A stretch of 64,000 bases of DNA from Eledone cirrhosa (taxonomy: Eukaryota). Position numbers and translations under genes: made by a program. The notes under the pieces are model-generated. The model was not told the DNA's origin. It saw nothing but the letters and a program-made list of their open reading frames with translations, and ran no database searches. The stretch covers positions 234,608,001 through 234,672,000 of the forward strand of contig OZ024742.1 in NCBI GenBank assembly GCA_964016885.1, given 5' to 3'. Shown in pieces: positions 1 to 13,805 of the stretch. Each line of letters begins with the position of its first letter. Positions within the stretch are counted from its first letter, which is position 1.

Positions 1-839
1 TGCCATGCTAAACATGTGTTGCTACTGTGTTTGTCTCACACTTTCTGTGTAAAAGCTTTTTTTTGTGTGTGTGTGTATAATCTACACATTGTAAAAAGTT
101 ACAGTTTGTTTAACAACATTTTGAAACTTATATAATATTTCCTCTGAAGTATTATAATTTTTTTTTTTAGATAAAAAAATTAGCGTTATTTTTCGCTAAA
201 TCTAAAAATCCTGTGGTCAATATATCATATGTAAACACTCAATAATTTAACATACTTATCATTAATCAAAATTGCTTTATAAGCACACATTTTTCAGGAG
301 AGTACAAAAAACATGGTGATTTACCAATCTCTGAGTAGCTGTTGCTCAGTTCAAAAACTTTATTGCTTTCAAAATATTTTTTCTCTTTGCTTATGCTTTA
401 TTATTTATGATTATTTCACATTCAAGAAAGATTGTCACTGGTAGATGTTCCAAATAAGTCAAGCATTTAATATCTTTTTTTCAAATCTCTTCTTTCTCAA
501 TTGATTCTTTTACATATGTATATATGCTTGTGTGCATGCATATATATGTGTAAATGTAAATTTTTATATATCGTTATGATATATATATATATATAAATGT
601 AATCTGAATTTTTCGAATATTAGTAATAACATTCGATTCGTTTGCAATTATGCAAACAAGCCTCAATTTTATAGCCATGTCAGTAGAATGAACACTTCAT
701 TCTTGCTCTTATCTTGGCATGCGAACAGAACTGCAGACACTAATGTTTCTGGGTATCACCCTTCATCAGTGCAGCTCACTGTTCACCTGCCAAACTCTCA
801 GAGCTAGTGAAAATATATGCTATTTTCTAAAATATACAG

Positions 840-917
840 TGACTGATCAGCCTGATTTGCATATTAGCAGACTGGCTGATCAGTCAGATCTGCATATTAA
901 CAGATCCACTGATCAGA
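840..917. repeat. 33-bp tandem repeat (~2.3 units) that also folds as a 13-bp perfect hairpin
   Basis: TGATCAG recurs at 844, 877 and 910. TGACTGATCAGCC (840-852) is the reverse complement of GGCTGATCAGTCA (874-886). Confidence 0.85.
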
Positions 918-1499
918 TTACATTTATTGTATTCAGCCATGTAGAGCGAAATTTTCTTTCTTTTTTCTTTCTTTTATATATATATATATATATTATGGTT
1001 TTATAAATATATAAGTATGTATGAGTTGTTATATTAAAATGGTGACATCACTTTCAGTTTATACATGCTTATTTACAAACACAAACACAAATATGTATAT
1101 ATGGTGTTAAAGTTAGTTGTGTGGAAGGATAGATTAGAGACTGTAGTCCGTTAGATACAAAACTATGGATGATCATGGATGGAAAGCTTTTATCATCTGC
1201 ACAATCAAAGCTCACCTAGAAGTAAACAATAAATATGGCTGTTTCCAGCCAATAGATCTCAAATCAGAGGAAAAACAAGGCTAAGTGTATGGCATTCATG
1301 CAAGATGTATTATATAAGCAAAGTTAACCACCATCAGTTCCTTCCTTCCTCTAAACACTCAAGCACACATTCATGTGCATGTACATGTTGGTGGACGAAT
1401 GCACACACAGAAACCTATACATATACACACACATGTGCAAGTCTTCATTGGTATATACAAATATACATGTGTTTATATGTGAAGGCACATACATAGCAT

Positions 1500-1735
1500 A
1501 TTGGTTTGGGTGATCATGCGTTTGAAGTATTGTTGAACAAAACATTTTATTTCACATTGCTCCAGTTCACTCAGCTGTAAAAATTGAGTAGTACCTGTAA
1601 TTCAAAAGGTCCACCTTTGTCATATACTGTGTCATGTGTTTGTGGAATGCTCAGTTACTTGCACATTAATTTCACAAGCTGGCAGCTCTGTTGTTTGGAC
1701 AAGTGGAACACTCATAGTCAGAAACAAAAGAGGTC
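1500..1735 (+). mobile_element. Degenerate CORE-type tRNA SINE
   Basis: TTGAACAAAACATTTTATTTCACATTGCTCCAGTTCACTCAGCTGTAAAA block is shared with copies at ~3830, ~17920, ~27900(-), ~46750(-) and ~55590. Confidence 0.6.
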
Positions 1736-2545
1736 CAACATTGTTTATTTATAAACTGGTGTCAATTCAAGAAGCATAACCAGTGTTATATAAAAAAGAA
1801 AAACTTTGATATTGAACCAATATCAATTGATTTAGCTTCTGTTCCCATGTGATCTTATTGTTCTCTGTTCTTATATCTGTAGTTCTCTATATCATCTGCC
1901 ACTAAATCATCACCCTTCATCAACATTGATTTTACATTCATTTTTTCCATGTTGGGAGGAGTTAGCCAGATCTGCTCTGCTTCATTCTCTCCATCTTTTT
2001 TCAACCTGTGTCATCTCTTCTCTGAAGGCTTATTTTCAAGTCTGTCCTAACTACTTTTTCACCCCAGTCTTCTTTGGTCTAACTCTATTACTGATCACCT
2101 TACTTTATTGATTTACAACATTTTTTTCACCTAGAATATATCATCCGTTTCCATTTCTAAATCAGCATAGTTATGTCTTTTGTATATATATGCTATTGCT
2201 CTTTGTACCTAGTTATTTTCACTACTTACTGCATCCAGCTACTTTTGTAAAATAATACTGTCCATCCAACAAGACCTACTCAACTTCACTCAGTATCTAC
2301 ACTTAATTCCTATGTTCCACTACCATAAGAATCAGTATCATGATTCTTAACTATGCTTTATATAATTACCAATATAATATAGCTTATGAATAACTATGAA
2401 TACAGATTCACACCCATGTGTATTTAGTCTTGCTGTGAAATTATATTCTTGAGAGCCTTTTCAGCAGTTTTGGATGATGATGATCTTTTCTGAAGCATGG
2501 GCTTAATTTCCCAATGGAACCAAATACATATGTCTGTATATTTAA

Positions 2546-2765
2546 GCCTTTAATGTTCAAACCAGCCCAAACCGGCCAGAATTCTCTACCTTTTTCTGTT
2601 GAAACTGGCTGTAACTGGTCACTCAAACTGATGTTAAGGTATTGTTCTCAAAATAAATACTTTCAAAATCTCATAGATTCGATATTATGTGAGATAATTA
2701 TGTGAGGTAAAGCCTTTACCATGAAAATATAATAGTATATATAGAGTAATGTGAATGCTAAAGGG
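2546..2765 (+). mobile_element. piggyBac-type MITE, family A (220 bp)
   Basis: TTAA on both sides (2542-45, 2766-69) and a GCTAAAGGG terminus. Near-identical to 36855-37074 (inverted) and 37743-37960. Confidence 0.9.
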
Positions 2766-3759
2766 TTAATTATGCTACATATAACATAAACGTTTGTCTC
2801 TACATGCAAACTAAAGTAAGTGTTCTCTAACATCTATATTATATCATCAGTTTTTCATACAATATTAGTTTAGCCAATCCACTTATAGATCTTTCTTATT
2901 ACTTATGACATACACCCCAATAAATGAAAGTGTTCTGTTTTGTACTGCTTAATTAATACAGCATCAGATGGTATCTCTTCCTGCTCTGTACATTCTGAGT
3001 TCAAATCCCACCTCTTCGGATACTTTGGGAGGGTCATTGCTGCCAATAAAAACATGCACCTGTTGGATTTCACTTCAATTTATTATAAGCACCCAGTCTA
3101 TTAGTTTAATAGCCAGGTGGTTGTTTAGTTGTTGTTGATTGTCAAAGCTCTTTTGTCACACATTCTGTGACCTCCTCGATGACTACGTGGTTATTTTGTG
3201 TCTCTCCTGTGTTCTGTCCTAAACCATCTTGTTTTTGTGTGTTGTGTATTTGGGCTTCACATGCATTATATCTGGGTTTGCATGTAGTTTTATTTATTTA
3301 TTTATTTATCTATTTCAATATATTTATTTGTTTATTTATTTATATGTTTATTTACATACTTGTCACTAGTTGGTTACATGTTCTATCTTTGTATGTCTTT
3401 ATCTTGTCCTTAGTCACTAGTTGTGAGGTTGTTGCTATTCCACTCATGTTTTCTGTTTAGCTTTGGTTGGAGTTCGTTTATGTTTGTCGTTTCTGTAATC
3501 TATCGGAGCATTGCATATGTTCTGTGTGTGGATATGATTTTTATCTCGAAGTTCTCTAGTGTGCCCCCTCATGTTCCATTCCTGCATAAACAAATATAAA
3601 AATGAAGTATAAACCTGCATCACCTAATCTAAGGGAGAAAACTCTAGCCCCTATCACTATCATTTTTTGTCCTGAGTTTTCTCAACCTGACGTTGTATAT
3701 CTTCCAAAACATAAACGTACGTAGGCACCAATTCATAATGAAAAAGGAGAGCACGTAAA

Positions 3760-3980
3760 TGTGTGTAAATTGTAGGCGATTGCCTTATGTCGTGGGTTCG
3801 ATTCCTAGACTGGTTTGCATGATGTGTTCTTGAGCAAAACACTTCATTTCATGTTACTCCAGTATACTCAGATGAGAATTAGTACCAGCAGTAGATGGGG
3901 GCTTAACCCTGTGATGGACTGGCGTTCTGTCCAGGGGGAGTCTTGTACTCTCACTCGTTTAATGCCACAGAAACCAAGAT
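3760..3980 (+). mobile_element. CORE-type tRNA SINE
   Basis: B box GGGTTCGATTCC, core TTGAGCAAAACACTT, and a 3' part CCTGTGATGGACTGGCGTTCTGTCCAGGGGGAG. Confidence 0.7.
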
Positions 3981-4275
3981 ATTTTTTTCTTTGACCTGTG
4001 ATTGACTCTTGGTGGAATTGGGACATGTGCAAACTGGTTACAACAGCCAGTCTGCTCCATGTAGCTCAGATTTGTTGTTAATGTTTGGTTTATGCTTGTT
4101 TATAAGAAGAGTCTCTTTTATTTATGTCCCTCAATAATCTCTAAAACCACAAATAAATTGAAAAAAAAAGAGAAAAAACCACATCAAACACAGCCATCAT
4201 GGTGGTTATATATTTATTTGTGGTATAAACACAGCATGGCCAGCACAGATAATAATAGTTCTCTTGAGCAAATTT

Positions 4276-6260
4276 TATTCAGCCTCATCACTTTCTGTGG
4301 AGCATAAGCCATTTATGACCCTCCACCACTGCACACGATACTAGGCTGCTCTTACCACTCCACTTCAGTTGACTTCCTTTTTTCTTAATTCATCCTCAGT
4401 GTCATGCCTCCAGCTGCCTCGGGGCCAGCCTTTCTTCCTCTTACTCTATGGGTTCCAGATCAGGGATTGGCATGTGGTGTTGGATGCTCGTTTCCTGAGG
4501 GTATGCCCAATCTATCTCCACTTCCTCTACAGGATCTGCTTTGCCACTGGTTCTGTTCCACCCGCTCCTACAGATCTTTGTTTCTGATTTTCTCTGTCCA
4601 TTTGATGTTATAGATGTGCCTCAGACAAGTGTTGAAGAATATCTGGATCTTCTGCAGTTGTCCTCCAAGTTTTATATGCATACAGCAGTACTGCCTTTAT
4701 GTTGGTGTTGAAGATACAAAGTTTAGTTCTTGGGTAGATCTCTTTTGATGCCTAGACGTTCTTTAGCATAATGAAAGCTGCTCTTGCCTGGCTGCGATGT
4801 CTTGGTCAGTTTCCCCACGTTGATCAACCACACTTCCCATAGGCTCTCCTCCGACTGTGACTGGTGTGTTGGCATCGGTGTTGATCTTCATCAGCTCAGT
4901 TTTTTTTCTTGTTTATCTTAAACCCTGTCCCGGCTGACATGGTCTCCAAGTGCAAGGTCTTGTCCTGTATTTCATCATAATTGTGTTGTATCAAGAGTGG
5001 CAGTTCATCAGCAAAATCGAGGTCATCCAGTTGTGTCCAGGGTATCCACTGAATACCATTGTTCCTGTCTGTTGTAGTGGTTTTCATTATCTAGTCAATG
5101 ACCAGGAGGAAGAGAAAAGGTGACAGCAAGCACCCCTGACAAACTCTGATCTTCACCTTGAGACTCTGATAATTGGCTGACATGAGAAATCTTACAGCTT
5201 ATGTCTTGATAAGTGCATGGGATGAGGGAAATAATCTTCCCAGGCACTCCATATTGCATTAGCAGCTTCCACAGTGTCTGTCTGTCCACACTATCTAATA
5301 CTTTCTTGTAGACTATGATGCATAGGCTGGTGGACTGATCAGTACAGGATCTGTTCCTTCGGAATCCTGCCTGCTGATTGCAGAGCTTGGAATCGACTGA
5401 TTTCCTTATCCTCTCCAGTAGTATTTATTCTGTTGAGAACCTTCCCAGCACTCACAGGAGCATAGTCCCTCAGTAGTTGTTGCAGTCCCTTAGGTCACTT
5501 TTCTTTGGCAGTTTGATGATGATCCCTTCCTTCCATTGGGTCAAGATATCTTTCATCTCCCAGATCTTACTGAAGAGGCTGTGTAGCATGTTGACAGCTG
5601 TCTCTATGTCTGCTTTTATGGCTTCTGCTGGTATTTTGTCCGGCCCTGCAGCTTAACACTTTTCAGAGTCAGGATGGCTTTCTTGATCTCTACTTTTGAG
5701 GGATTGTCACAGTTGATGAGTAGTTGAGTCTCTGCTGATGGGATATCTTGTAGTATTTTAGAGGTGGGGCAGTTCAGCAGCTCCCTGAAGTGCTCTGCCT
5801 ATTGTTTAAGTTGTTGTCAATGGGTTCCCATTCTTGTCCTTCAATGGCCCCTCTCTCCACTGGAATTTATCTGCTAGCTTTTTGGTCACTTGATACTGGT
5901 CTTTCAGGTTCCCCTGTCCTGCTGCCTTCTCTGCTACACTGGCCAGGTTATTGATGTAGTCTCTCTTGTCCTACTTGATGTTTCTCTTCACTTCTATGTC
6001 AGCCTCTGTGTACTCTTCCTGTGCTCTTTCCTTGGATTCTCTTGTTCAGCTCATTTTCAGGGTGGCTTTCTTCACTTCCCTTGCTTCCAATTTCTGGATG
6101 TTATCTGCATAGAGCCATTCATTGTTTTGAGTCTTCTTGTTGCTAAGAACCTCTTCACGTGTTATGCCAGAGTTTCTTTGTGTGTTGCCACTGTGTCTCA
6201 ATATCTGTCCCACTGTCTTCTATCAGCTTTTGTAGAGGCTGCTATCGGTTTGAGAGGCTT
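4276..6260 (-). mobile_element. RTE-clade LINE, 3' ~2 kb, disrupted
   Basis: Minus-strand RT remnants such as QLDDLDFADELPLL and DRQTLWKLLMQYGVPGKIISLI, with multiple frameshifts. The 3' tail is near 4280. Confidence 0.85.
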
Positions 6261-6472
6261 ATCTAGCATTAAAAACCAACTCTTGTAAATTCCTAGTGGT
6301 TCAGTTGAAATTACATCCCCAATCATGAACAGAGAACTTCTAATTACAATGCTGATACAGTGAAAATTCAACTATAAACTGCAGATGTTGCCAAAAATCA
6401 CATGGGTTGTTAAAAAAACTTTAACTTTTGAGAGATTGTCACAGTTGAGTATTGGACCTATAGATTGCTTAA

Positions 6473-6817
6473 TCTTATTGTTACTATATTTCTCAGGAAA
6501 CATACTGCCCATGATTTTCAATTAATTTTGAAAATAATTAAGAATTTATAAGGCAATGGTGAAATTTGAAACCGAGGTGTGATGTTACTATTAACACACA
6601 CTGACTGGTTTGTATCGATTAACAAGCAGATCTGATTTTTTTTGTTGTTGTTGATGTGCGTATATGTGTAGGTGTGTGTGTGTAACACACACATCAGTGT
6701 TTGGAAAATAACTTACGTGAAAATTATGAGAGAAGGTTTTTAGGTAGGTACTTTAAAATAAAAAGTTTTGTAACATAGAACCAGGGTCAGTTTCAGAGCG
6801 TTTTGGTATCAAAAGGG
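6473..6817 (-). mobile_element. piggyBac-type MITE, family B
   Basis: Ends GGTATCAAAAGGG|TTAA (6818-21), with TTAA at 6469-72. Related to 19741 and 20077. Confidence 0.65.
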
Positions 6818-6938
6818 TTAACCAATTTCCCAGATATTTCCACAATTAATGTAGGGGCAGTAATTATCTTTTGTCTGCTTCTCTCATCATTTCTTCCTCT
6901 TCTCATTATCTCTCTTTATCCATCCCTCTGCTTATTTA

Positions 6939-6942
<4 letters not shown>

Positions 6943-6973
<31 letters not shown>
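6943..6973. repeat. (CT)n microsatellite
   Basis: Read directly. Confidence 0.95.
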
Positions 6974-6977
<4 letters not shown>

Positions 6978-8403
6978 TTTACCAAAGATCAAACTTGCTC
7001 CCACTACATGTCTTAGTCAGTTTGAAGTTTGGCGTTATCTTCCTTGCCCTTCATGACAAAAATTGTTATTGAATAGCGCTAGGTTAACCCTGATTATACA
7101 GGCCCTGGTCATCTTGTTATTCTTTCATCATTGGTGTGTCTGTGACTGCAATGTATTCTTTCTTGGCAGGTCAAGCAACTATTGTTTTGTTCAATATGGA
7201 TGTAATTTTGATTGACTGAAAGTTCATTTTGGTTTAGTACATTGAGTATGATTAGCCTGCACTTCACTGTTGATACCTTATTGCTTGATTCTTCCAATTA
7301 TATTTTTCAACTCAATTTTTACCTCCAGAACAAGAATAACTATATATTAAGAAATATCTAAACTTCAAAACATCAAACTTTATACCAAGATATGAATTCA
7401 TTTTTCATTTTTTCAATCAGTAAATTGTATTGCACTTCATCATAGTACCGAATTGGTTCTTAGTTCTTATGTATTCATGTACCTTGAGGTACACAAGACA
7501 GCACAGTCGATCCCCCACAGTTCTCTCCACACCTGTCCTACTAATTCTTGTGCATCTGAAGTCCTCATGGAATGCTCAGTGCCATGTTGAGAAAGGAGGA
7601 AGGTTAAGTGTTGAGCTAGCAATCCAACACTGTAAAACTCTATAACTGCTAAAGAAACAGCAAGCAAGATACTTAATAAGTGTCTAAAATATGTGATAAA
7701 CCATAATTTCTTATTTCAGTTTTTTCCCCAGCTTGTTTGAAGTACAATTTCTTATGATTTCTTTTGATTTTCAGAATCTGGTTTTCTGCACGGCCCTTTA
7801 AAAATTAAACAAATTATTAAATTCTGATTAATTTTCTTCTTTTATACACATACCATTTTTAAAAAGAATTAATTCCTTTTTATTTCATCATAAATGTGTA
7901 AATTAGAAACTCTGAAGTAAATAGAAAAATTAAGTTGTTTTCTACAACATGACATTCTACTTTTTAAAGATTTTATCTTAGCCCACTTCTTTTCTTTTTT
8001 TAAATATAACTGTTTGTTTGACTTTCTACAAAAACCTCATCATTTAAATAATTCAAAATTCTGAAATTAGTCCTCTGGCTTTTTGAATTTCTGTAGTATA
8101 TGAAACAGATTTCTGTTGTGATTTCTTTTTATATGTATCCTTGAACTTTGACTTTCAGTGCTAATAAGGTATTTATCAGGTAAAGTATCACCTGAAAGTG
8201 TAAAGCAAAGGTATGTCCTCATAAATCTATCATAGATGTTTACTTTCAGCTGAATGTTGCAATATTTCAGCTCACTAATTGGCTTTTATTAGTTAATAAC
8301 AATAGATTTACTTCTCAGTAAGCTATCCTTTCATTAACATCTGCTTGTTGATGAGTCCTGTCAGTGCTCTTTTTCTTCGTGAGTTTTCATTTACCTTTAT
8401 TAT

Positions 8404-8619
8404 TGGCAGAATCGGTAGGGTGTCGGGTAACAAGCTTTGAGGCATATAGTTACATCCTTTTGTTTTGAATTCAAATCATAACTGAGGTTAGCTTTAACTT
8501 CCATCCTTACAGGGTCGATAAAATAAAGTACCAGTAATGCACTGTGTCGATTTAATTGACTTTGCACTCCCCCAAAATTGTTGGCCTTGTGCTTAAATCA
8601 GAAACCATTATTATTATTG
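8404..8619 (+). mobile_element. tRNA-derived SINE (GCCTTTCATCC..GGGGTCGATAAA core, (ATT)n tail)
   Basis: A box TGGCAGAATCGG, B-box-like GAATTCAAATC, and the same body as 28137-28324. Confidence 0.85.
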
Positions 8620-9369
8620 TCAAACTAGATGGGACACCATTGTCTCATTGCTTGTCACTCTAAATCTTATTTTACATTGTTAATCTTAAAAAGTACCTCA
8701 ACTGCCCACAGCCTTGTTTAGGAGTGTATACATTCCTTTTCTTTAGGAGTCGTTAACAATTACCATTAGGTTTTTAGATTCTTTTCCCCAGCTTGAAGGG
8801 TTTCTAATTAATTGAGAATTTTTTAACTTGAGTTATTTCCCTTAGCTAATTTTTTTTTTTTTTTTATAATCATCCAAATTATTACTGGCCAAAATCTTTG
8901 TACCATTTTGCTATATTTAAATTTCTCTCACATGATCAAAGTAAGCTTAAGTAGGCTATGCAATTCTAATGAGATCCAATAAGCCGTCTCCTTTCTTGCA
9001 AACAAAGATTAGGTGTCCCTCCTAAGTATGTTTTTGAAATTATTTCTTAAATAATATAAATTATCTCCCCTTTTCTTTCGTGTTGTTTTGGAGTCTTTTA
9101 CAATTTCCAAGAGGGAAATTTCAATTAATTGAGAATTTTATTCTTTTTCTGCATTCATTAATTATTAAATTCCCTCACCCCTTTAACATATTCATCCATA
9201 GAATGGACTGATATAATCTAACTATAAACTGAGCTATACTCACAACTATTTGATATTTCATTCAATATTTAAGTATTGAATGATTCATTAAGAATTATAT
9301 TTATTTATGCCATCTACACCAGAAAGGTTGTTTGACAAGACTTAAGGGTTTCTCTAGTTTGTGTCAGTT

Positions 9370-9660
9370 TTTATTCAAAGTGACTGCTATCCTAAACGGG
9401 TTGCCTTCACTATAGCTTACAGAACTCATGTCTACCCAAGGAATTCTTATTTATAGATAGGCTGCCTTCCCTGCAGCTTACAGAGCCCACATCTACTATG
9501 TACAGACTTATTTATTCAGAGTAACTACTCTCATAGACCGACTGCCTTTACTATGGCTTATGGAGCCCATGTCTAGTCCATGTGGTCTTAACTATTTGGA
9601 GTAACTGCCTTTCTAGATGGGTTGCTTTCCTCATTGCTTACAGAGTCCGAGTCTATCTTG
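9370..9660 (-). repeat. Four degenerate ~60-80 bp tandem monomers matching the RTE 5' leader
   Basis: Unit AGAGTRACTGC..TAGAYGGGTTGCCTTCAC..GCTTACAGAGCCCAYRTCTAC also occurs at 45595-45735 and reverse-complemented at 28415-28540. Confidence 0.75.
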
Positions 9661-9855
9661 TTCACAAAAGAAATATAATACGAAATAAATAATTTACTTT
9701 AATAGACACTGACGTAGAATATCAGTAACCAGGTCATAGATGTATGTCAAAAAACCTTGATACCTAAAAATATATTACTATCAATACAACTCAATAATTT
9801 ATAATTAGATATTAAAGTCTTTCATCATGAATGGTTACTAATGCTCTAATAATAA

Positions 9856-10285
9856 TTGTTTCTACTTTTGGCACAGGGCCAGCAATTTGAAAGGAAAAGG
9901 AAAGTCGATTAAATCAACCTCAGTGCATTACTGGTACTTTATTTTATCAGCTTTAGTGCATTACTGATATTCTATTTTATCTACCCTGTAAGGATGAAAA
10001 GCAAAGCTAACCTTGGTGGGATTTGAACTTAGAACGTAAAGGGCCATAACTATATTCCACAAAACTTATTGTCTGGTGCTCTACAGATACTGCCAATCCA
10101 TCATCTTTATAATGCTATAATAATGATGATGATGATTGTTTCTACTTTAGGCACAAGGCCAGAAATTTTGGGAGAGGGGAAAGTCAATTAAATTACAGGT
10201 GCTTTATTTTATCGACCCCATAAGGATGAAAGGCAAAACTAACCTCGGCTGGATTTGAACTCAGAACATAAAGGGCAATAACTCT
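9856..10285 (-). mobile_element. Two adjacent tRNA-SINE copies
   Basis: TTGTTTCTACTTT.GGCACA.GGCCAG...TAAGGATGAAA.GCAAA...GATTTGAACT occurs twice. Confidence 0.85.
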
Positions 10286-10304
10286 TATTATTATTATTAT
10301 TACT

Positions 10305-11500
10305 ATTTTGCTAAAGCTTTTAATTCTGTGCCACACAAAAGACTTATTGCATAACTCTCTGCAGTGGGTGTGAGTTATGATTTTTATAACTGGTTGAAGT
10401 CCTTCATTCTCAGTCAGAAAGAGGTAGTCACAGTTCTAGGACAGCATTCTTCACCCTATAAGATGATATCTAGTGTACCACAGGGATCTGTTCTTGGTTC
10501 CCTTTTGTTTGTTTATATTAAGGACATAGAGGCCAACTTAAAGAATGCCACAGTGCTGAAATATGCAGATGACATCAGATCTCATCAGACTTGAGATAAA
10601 AAGGACATATCCTGTATGCTATAGATCTTTCCTGCATTCAGACCTAGCAAGGATTATGAACTGGCAACTCCTGGCAGTGGACAAGTGTACCACCATGCAT
10701 TTTGGGAGGAAAAACCCAGTGTTCAGATACTCCCTCCACAACACCAATCTCAAGGTGTCTTCTTGTGAGCGTGACCTGGGCATTATTGTCAACAGCATTG
10801 GACAAAGCACATCTCTAAAATTGAAGAATGCTGAGGGTGGCTTAGCATCAGTCAGTAAGACCTTTGTTGGCCACTCTCCAGCTATCTATTTAAAGCTGTA
10901 TATAACTATGGTGCTTCCACACTTAGAATTTGGATCACCAGTCTAGAACCTCTATCTTGCTCAGAATACTGATCTCCTGGAAACTGTTCAGAGACGGGCA
11001 AACTAACGAATACCCTCCATCAGGCATCTACCAATGCCTTGCTTCCCTGGGCATGGATACATTGAAGCTTTGACATCTGGCAACTGACTTGGTAGACACC
11101 CAAAAGATTATTAACCATCTTTCCAACAGCAACCTTGAGTACATTTTTGAATTCCGTCTGTCTAACCCCCATGGACATGCTTACAAAATCAGAAAACAGT
11201 ACAGCTCCTATGACTTTTGGAAACATTTTTTTACACTCAGAGTTGGTAAAGCATGGAACAAACTACCTGCATCAGTTGTTAGCTGTCGGCACACTGCATC
11301 TTTCAAAACCTCCATGCTTCCCAAAATTTGCCAACACTACAACAGACACATACGCATGCACGCATGTGTGATTGTATCTGTGTGTATATCATGCCTCATA
11401 CGCTGTTCATTTTCCTGACATTTGTACATTATTCTATATACTATATATGCTCATTTGATGAGTTGTAATTCACCTGAGTACTATACACAATAATTTCATT
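10305..11500 (+). mobile_element. CR1/L2-clade LINE, 5'-truncated 3' end
   Basis: SVPQGSVLGSLLF, KYADD, ERDLGIIV, PHLEF and FFTLRVGKAWNKLP motifs, frameshifted. Confidence 0.9.
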
Positions 11501-12122
11501 TGGGTCGATAAAATAAAACACCAGTGATGCACTGGGGTCAATTTAATCGCCCCCCTCCCCTCCCCCTCCCCGAAAAAATTGTTGGCATTGAGCCTAAATC
11601 AGAAACCATTATTATTATCATTGATTTAGTAATAACATTAGTGATAACCAAACTTTAATCTTACTGTGTGTGTATATTTTTTATGGCTTCAATGACTCTA
11701 ACATTACACAATTTTTTACTTATTACTTTTTTTTACTTAATTTTAAACTCAATTGGTTTTTAGATTAAAAATAAAAAGCATTTTAGATTCATTTCAAAAC
11801 ATAAATTTGTTGATTGTAGTTAGAGATATTTGTTGGATATTTCTTTAAACTATTTTATAAGAATGAGTACCACATCTTTAATGAGATTTATTTAGGTAAT
11901 TTATACAATTTTAGAATATATGAATACATGATTTTCTCATATAAAGTTGATTCAAATATTACTGAAAATGTTACAATATCTCCACATTCAAGATATATTA
12001 CAGCAAAATTGTAATATGGATAGCACTGAGTCAGTGAGAGAGTCTATGTTTGCGAAAAATAGTAGTCAAACCCTATCATAGATTTTACAAAAAGATAGGA
12101 ATGCTTTTATTTATAGGTGTAT

Positions 12123-12327
12123 TGGCAGATCGTTAGAACATTGGACAAATGTTTAGTAGTATTTGTTCCAGCTCTTTAGATTCTGAGTTCAAATCACACT
12201 GAGGACAACTTTCCCTGTCATTCTTCCAGGTTCAATAAAATAAAGTACCAGTTAAATACTAGAGTTGATATAATTGATTTCCCCTTCCCACAAATTGCTG
12301 GCTTTGTGCCAATATTAGAAAAAATTA
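12123..12327 (+). mobile_element. tRNA SINE (older copy)
   Basis: TGGCAGATCGTTAG ... CTGAGTTCAAATC ... ATAAAGTACCAG ... TTGCTGGCTTTGTGCC. Confidence 0.75.
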
Positions 12328-12782
12328 TAGGTATGCTCAATCAGGGCTGATTGGAGCTAAGCATCAACAAAAGCAACATGGACATAAGTTTTATAAGGTT
12401 CCAGCTTGCTCTGGCATATTTCCAAATCATACGTGAAGTCCTCTAATTTGCATTTTTTAAAATGAACATAAGGAGTATAAAAAGAAAATATTTAAAAAAA
12501 ACAAGTACAAAAATTGCTTGCTTGGATATATATTTTTGGAAATGTTTTAAAATAATTGCATTAAAAATAATTGTTTTGGTTTGAAACTATTAATTTGGAA
12601 ATGATTGCATCAGTAATAAATCTGGTTATCAGCTTGCTTCTAGTTTTAGCTTCTGATTAAATTTCCCAGCTTTTATCTTCAAATTTCATCTTCATTTAAT
12701 TTCTTTCATTTTCGTATTTTACATTTTTTTTTGTTCATTTCTTATTAAATGATTATTTACTATTTTGTTTATTTATTTATTT

Positions 12783-12835
12783 ATAATAATAATAATTAAT
12801 AATAATAATAATGATAATAATAATAATAATGATGA
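12783..12835. repeat. (AAT)n microsatellite, tail of the adjacent Tx1 element
   Basis: Read directly. Confidence 0.9.
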
Positions 12836-13805
12836 TTTCATTTATTAGCCACAAGGGCCGACATGTAGGGGACAATACAAAGACAGGGACAGTGGGGGTT
12901 TACAATAAGGTCGAGTAAAAGTGCACAATGGCAAGACTAATTTAACAATGAAAATATAAAAATATAAAATAAACTATGCATAAATATAACAAAATAAATT
13001 CCCCGATAGGGGGTGGACGACCCTGGGGTGATTCGGGTACCCCACCAATCCTGAACCACCCTGCGCTTCTAGGGCACCTAGGGAGAGCACCCCTCTCCTC
13101 AAGTTAGCCAGCCTATAGGCGCATGGTCAGAGTAGGCCCATTCACACGAGCCATTCTCGCCACATTCACCCACCTTTTAGCAAATGTACTGGGGGGCAGC
13201 ACTTCTCTCTCCACCCTCACCCTCCTTTCCAGGTGAAACTTGAAGAAGTTGATGAGGGATTGGCCGAAGAGAAAAGTGTCTGTCTTTAGTCCTTTCAACC
13301 TGGTCCACCATATAATCTCTTTCGCAACTGCCACCAGACAGAGGAAAATGTCCTGCTCTTCCTGACCTAAGGAAGGTGGCGGCTCGATCTTCACTATGGA
13401 CTCAGCCGATAGCCGGATTCGTTCCACACGTGACAGTAGCTGTTCGACATAACTCCACAAGTCAGTAATGCACGGACATTGGACAAGTGCGTGCAGAACG
13501 GTTTCATCGTTCTGTGCGCATCTTGGGCAGGTCCGTCTGACAGCACTTCCGTGCCTGTAGAGTTTATCCCGAACTGGCAGTGCCCCCCAGTAGCACTGCC
13601 AAGTGAGGGATTTCTGGAAATTGTCCATCGTCCCCGGCTCAAAAGTCCTCCGGTACAGACTAGTCAGTTCGACTTCGTCGAGGCCCAAAGCTTCTCCGAG
13701 TGCGTCATCGCACTTGCCCACCACTAATTCTCTATAGAACTCGAGAGTGGAAGTTCCACTGATCGCATTGCCCGCTTGGTAGAGGGCAGTGAGTGCCTGG
13801 CAAAA
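12836..13805 (-). mobile_element. Tx1/L1-clade LINE 3' fragment (zinc-binding C-terminus plus 3' UTR)
   Basis: WQCYWGALPVRDKL..CPRCAQNDETVLHALVQC zf-RVT-like motif. Stop at 13113, minus-strand AATAAA near 12841. Confidence 0.85.

Noticed and set aside
719-1006. 95-aa ORF with an 11-aa repeat
   Set aside because: The repeat reflects the 33-bp DNA tandem, the ORF ends in (TA)n sequence, and no homology is recognised.
9370-9660. Repeat-spacer-like array resembling CRISPR
   Set aside because: The units are degenerate tandem monomers matching the RTE leader. The context is eukaryotic and there are no cas genes.
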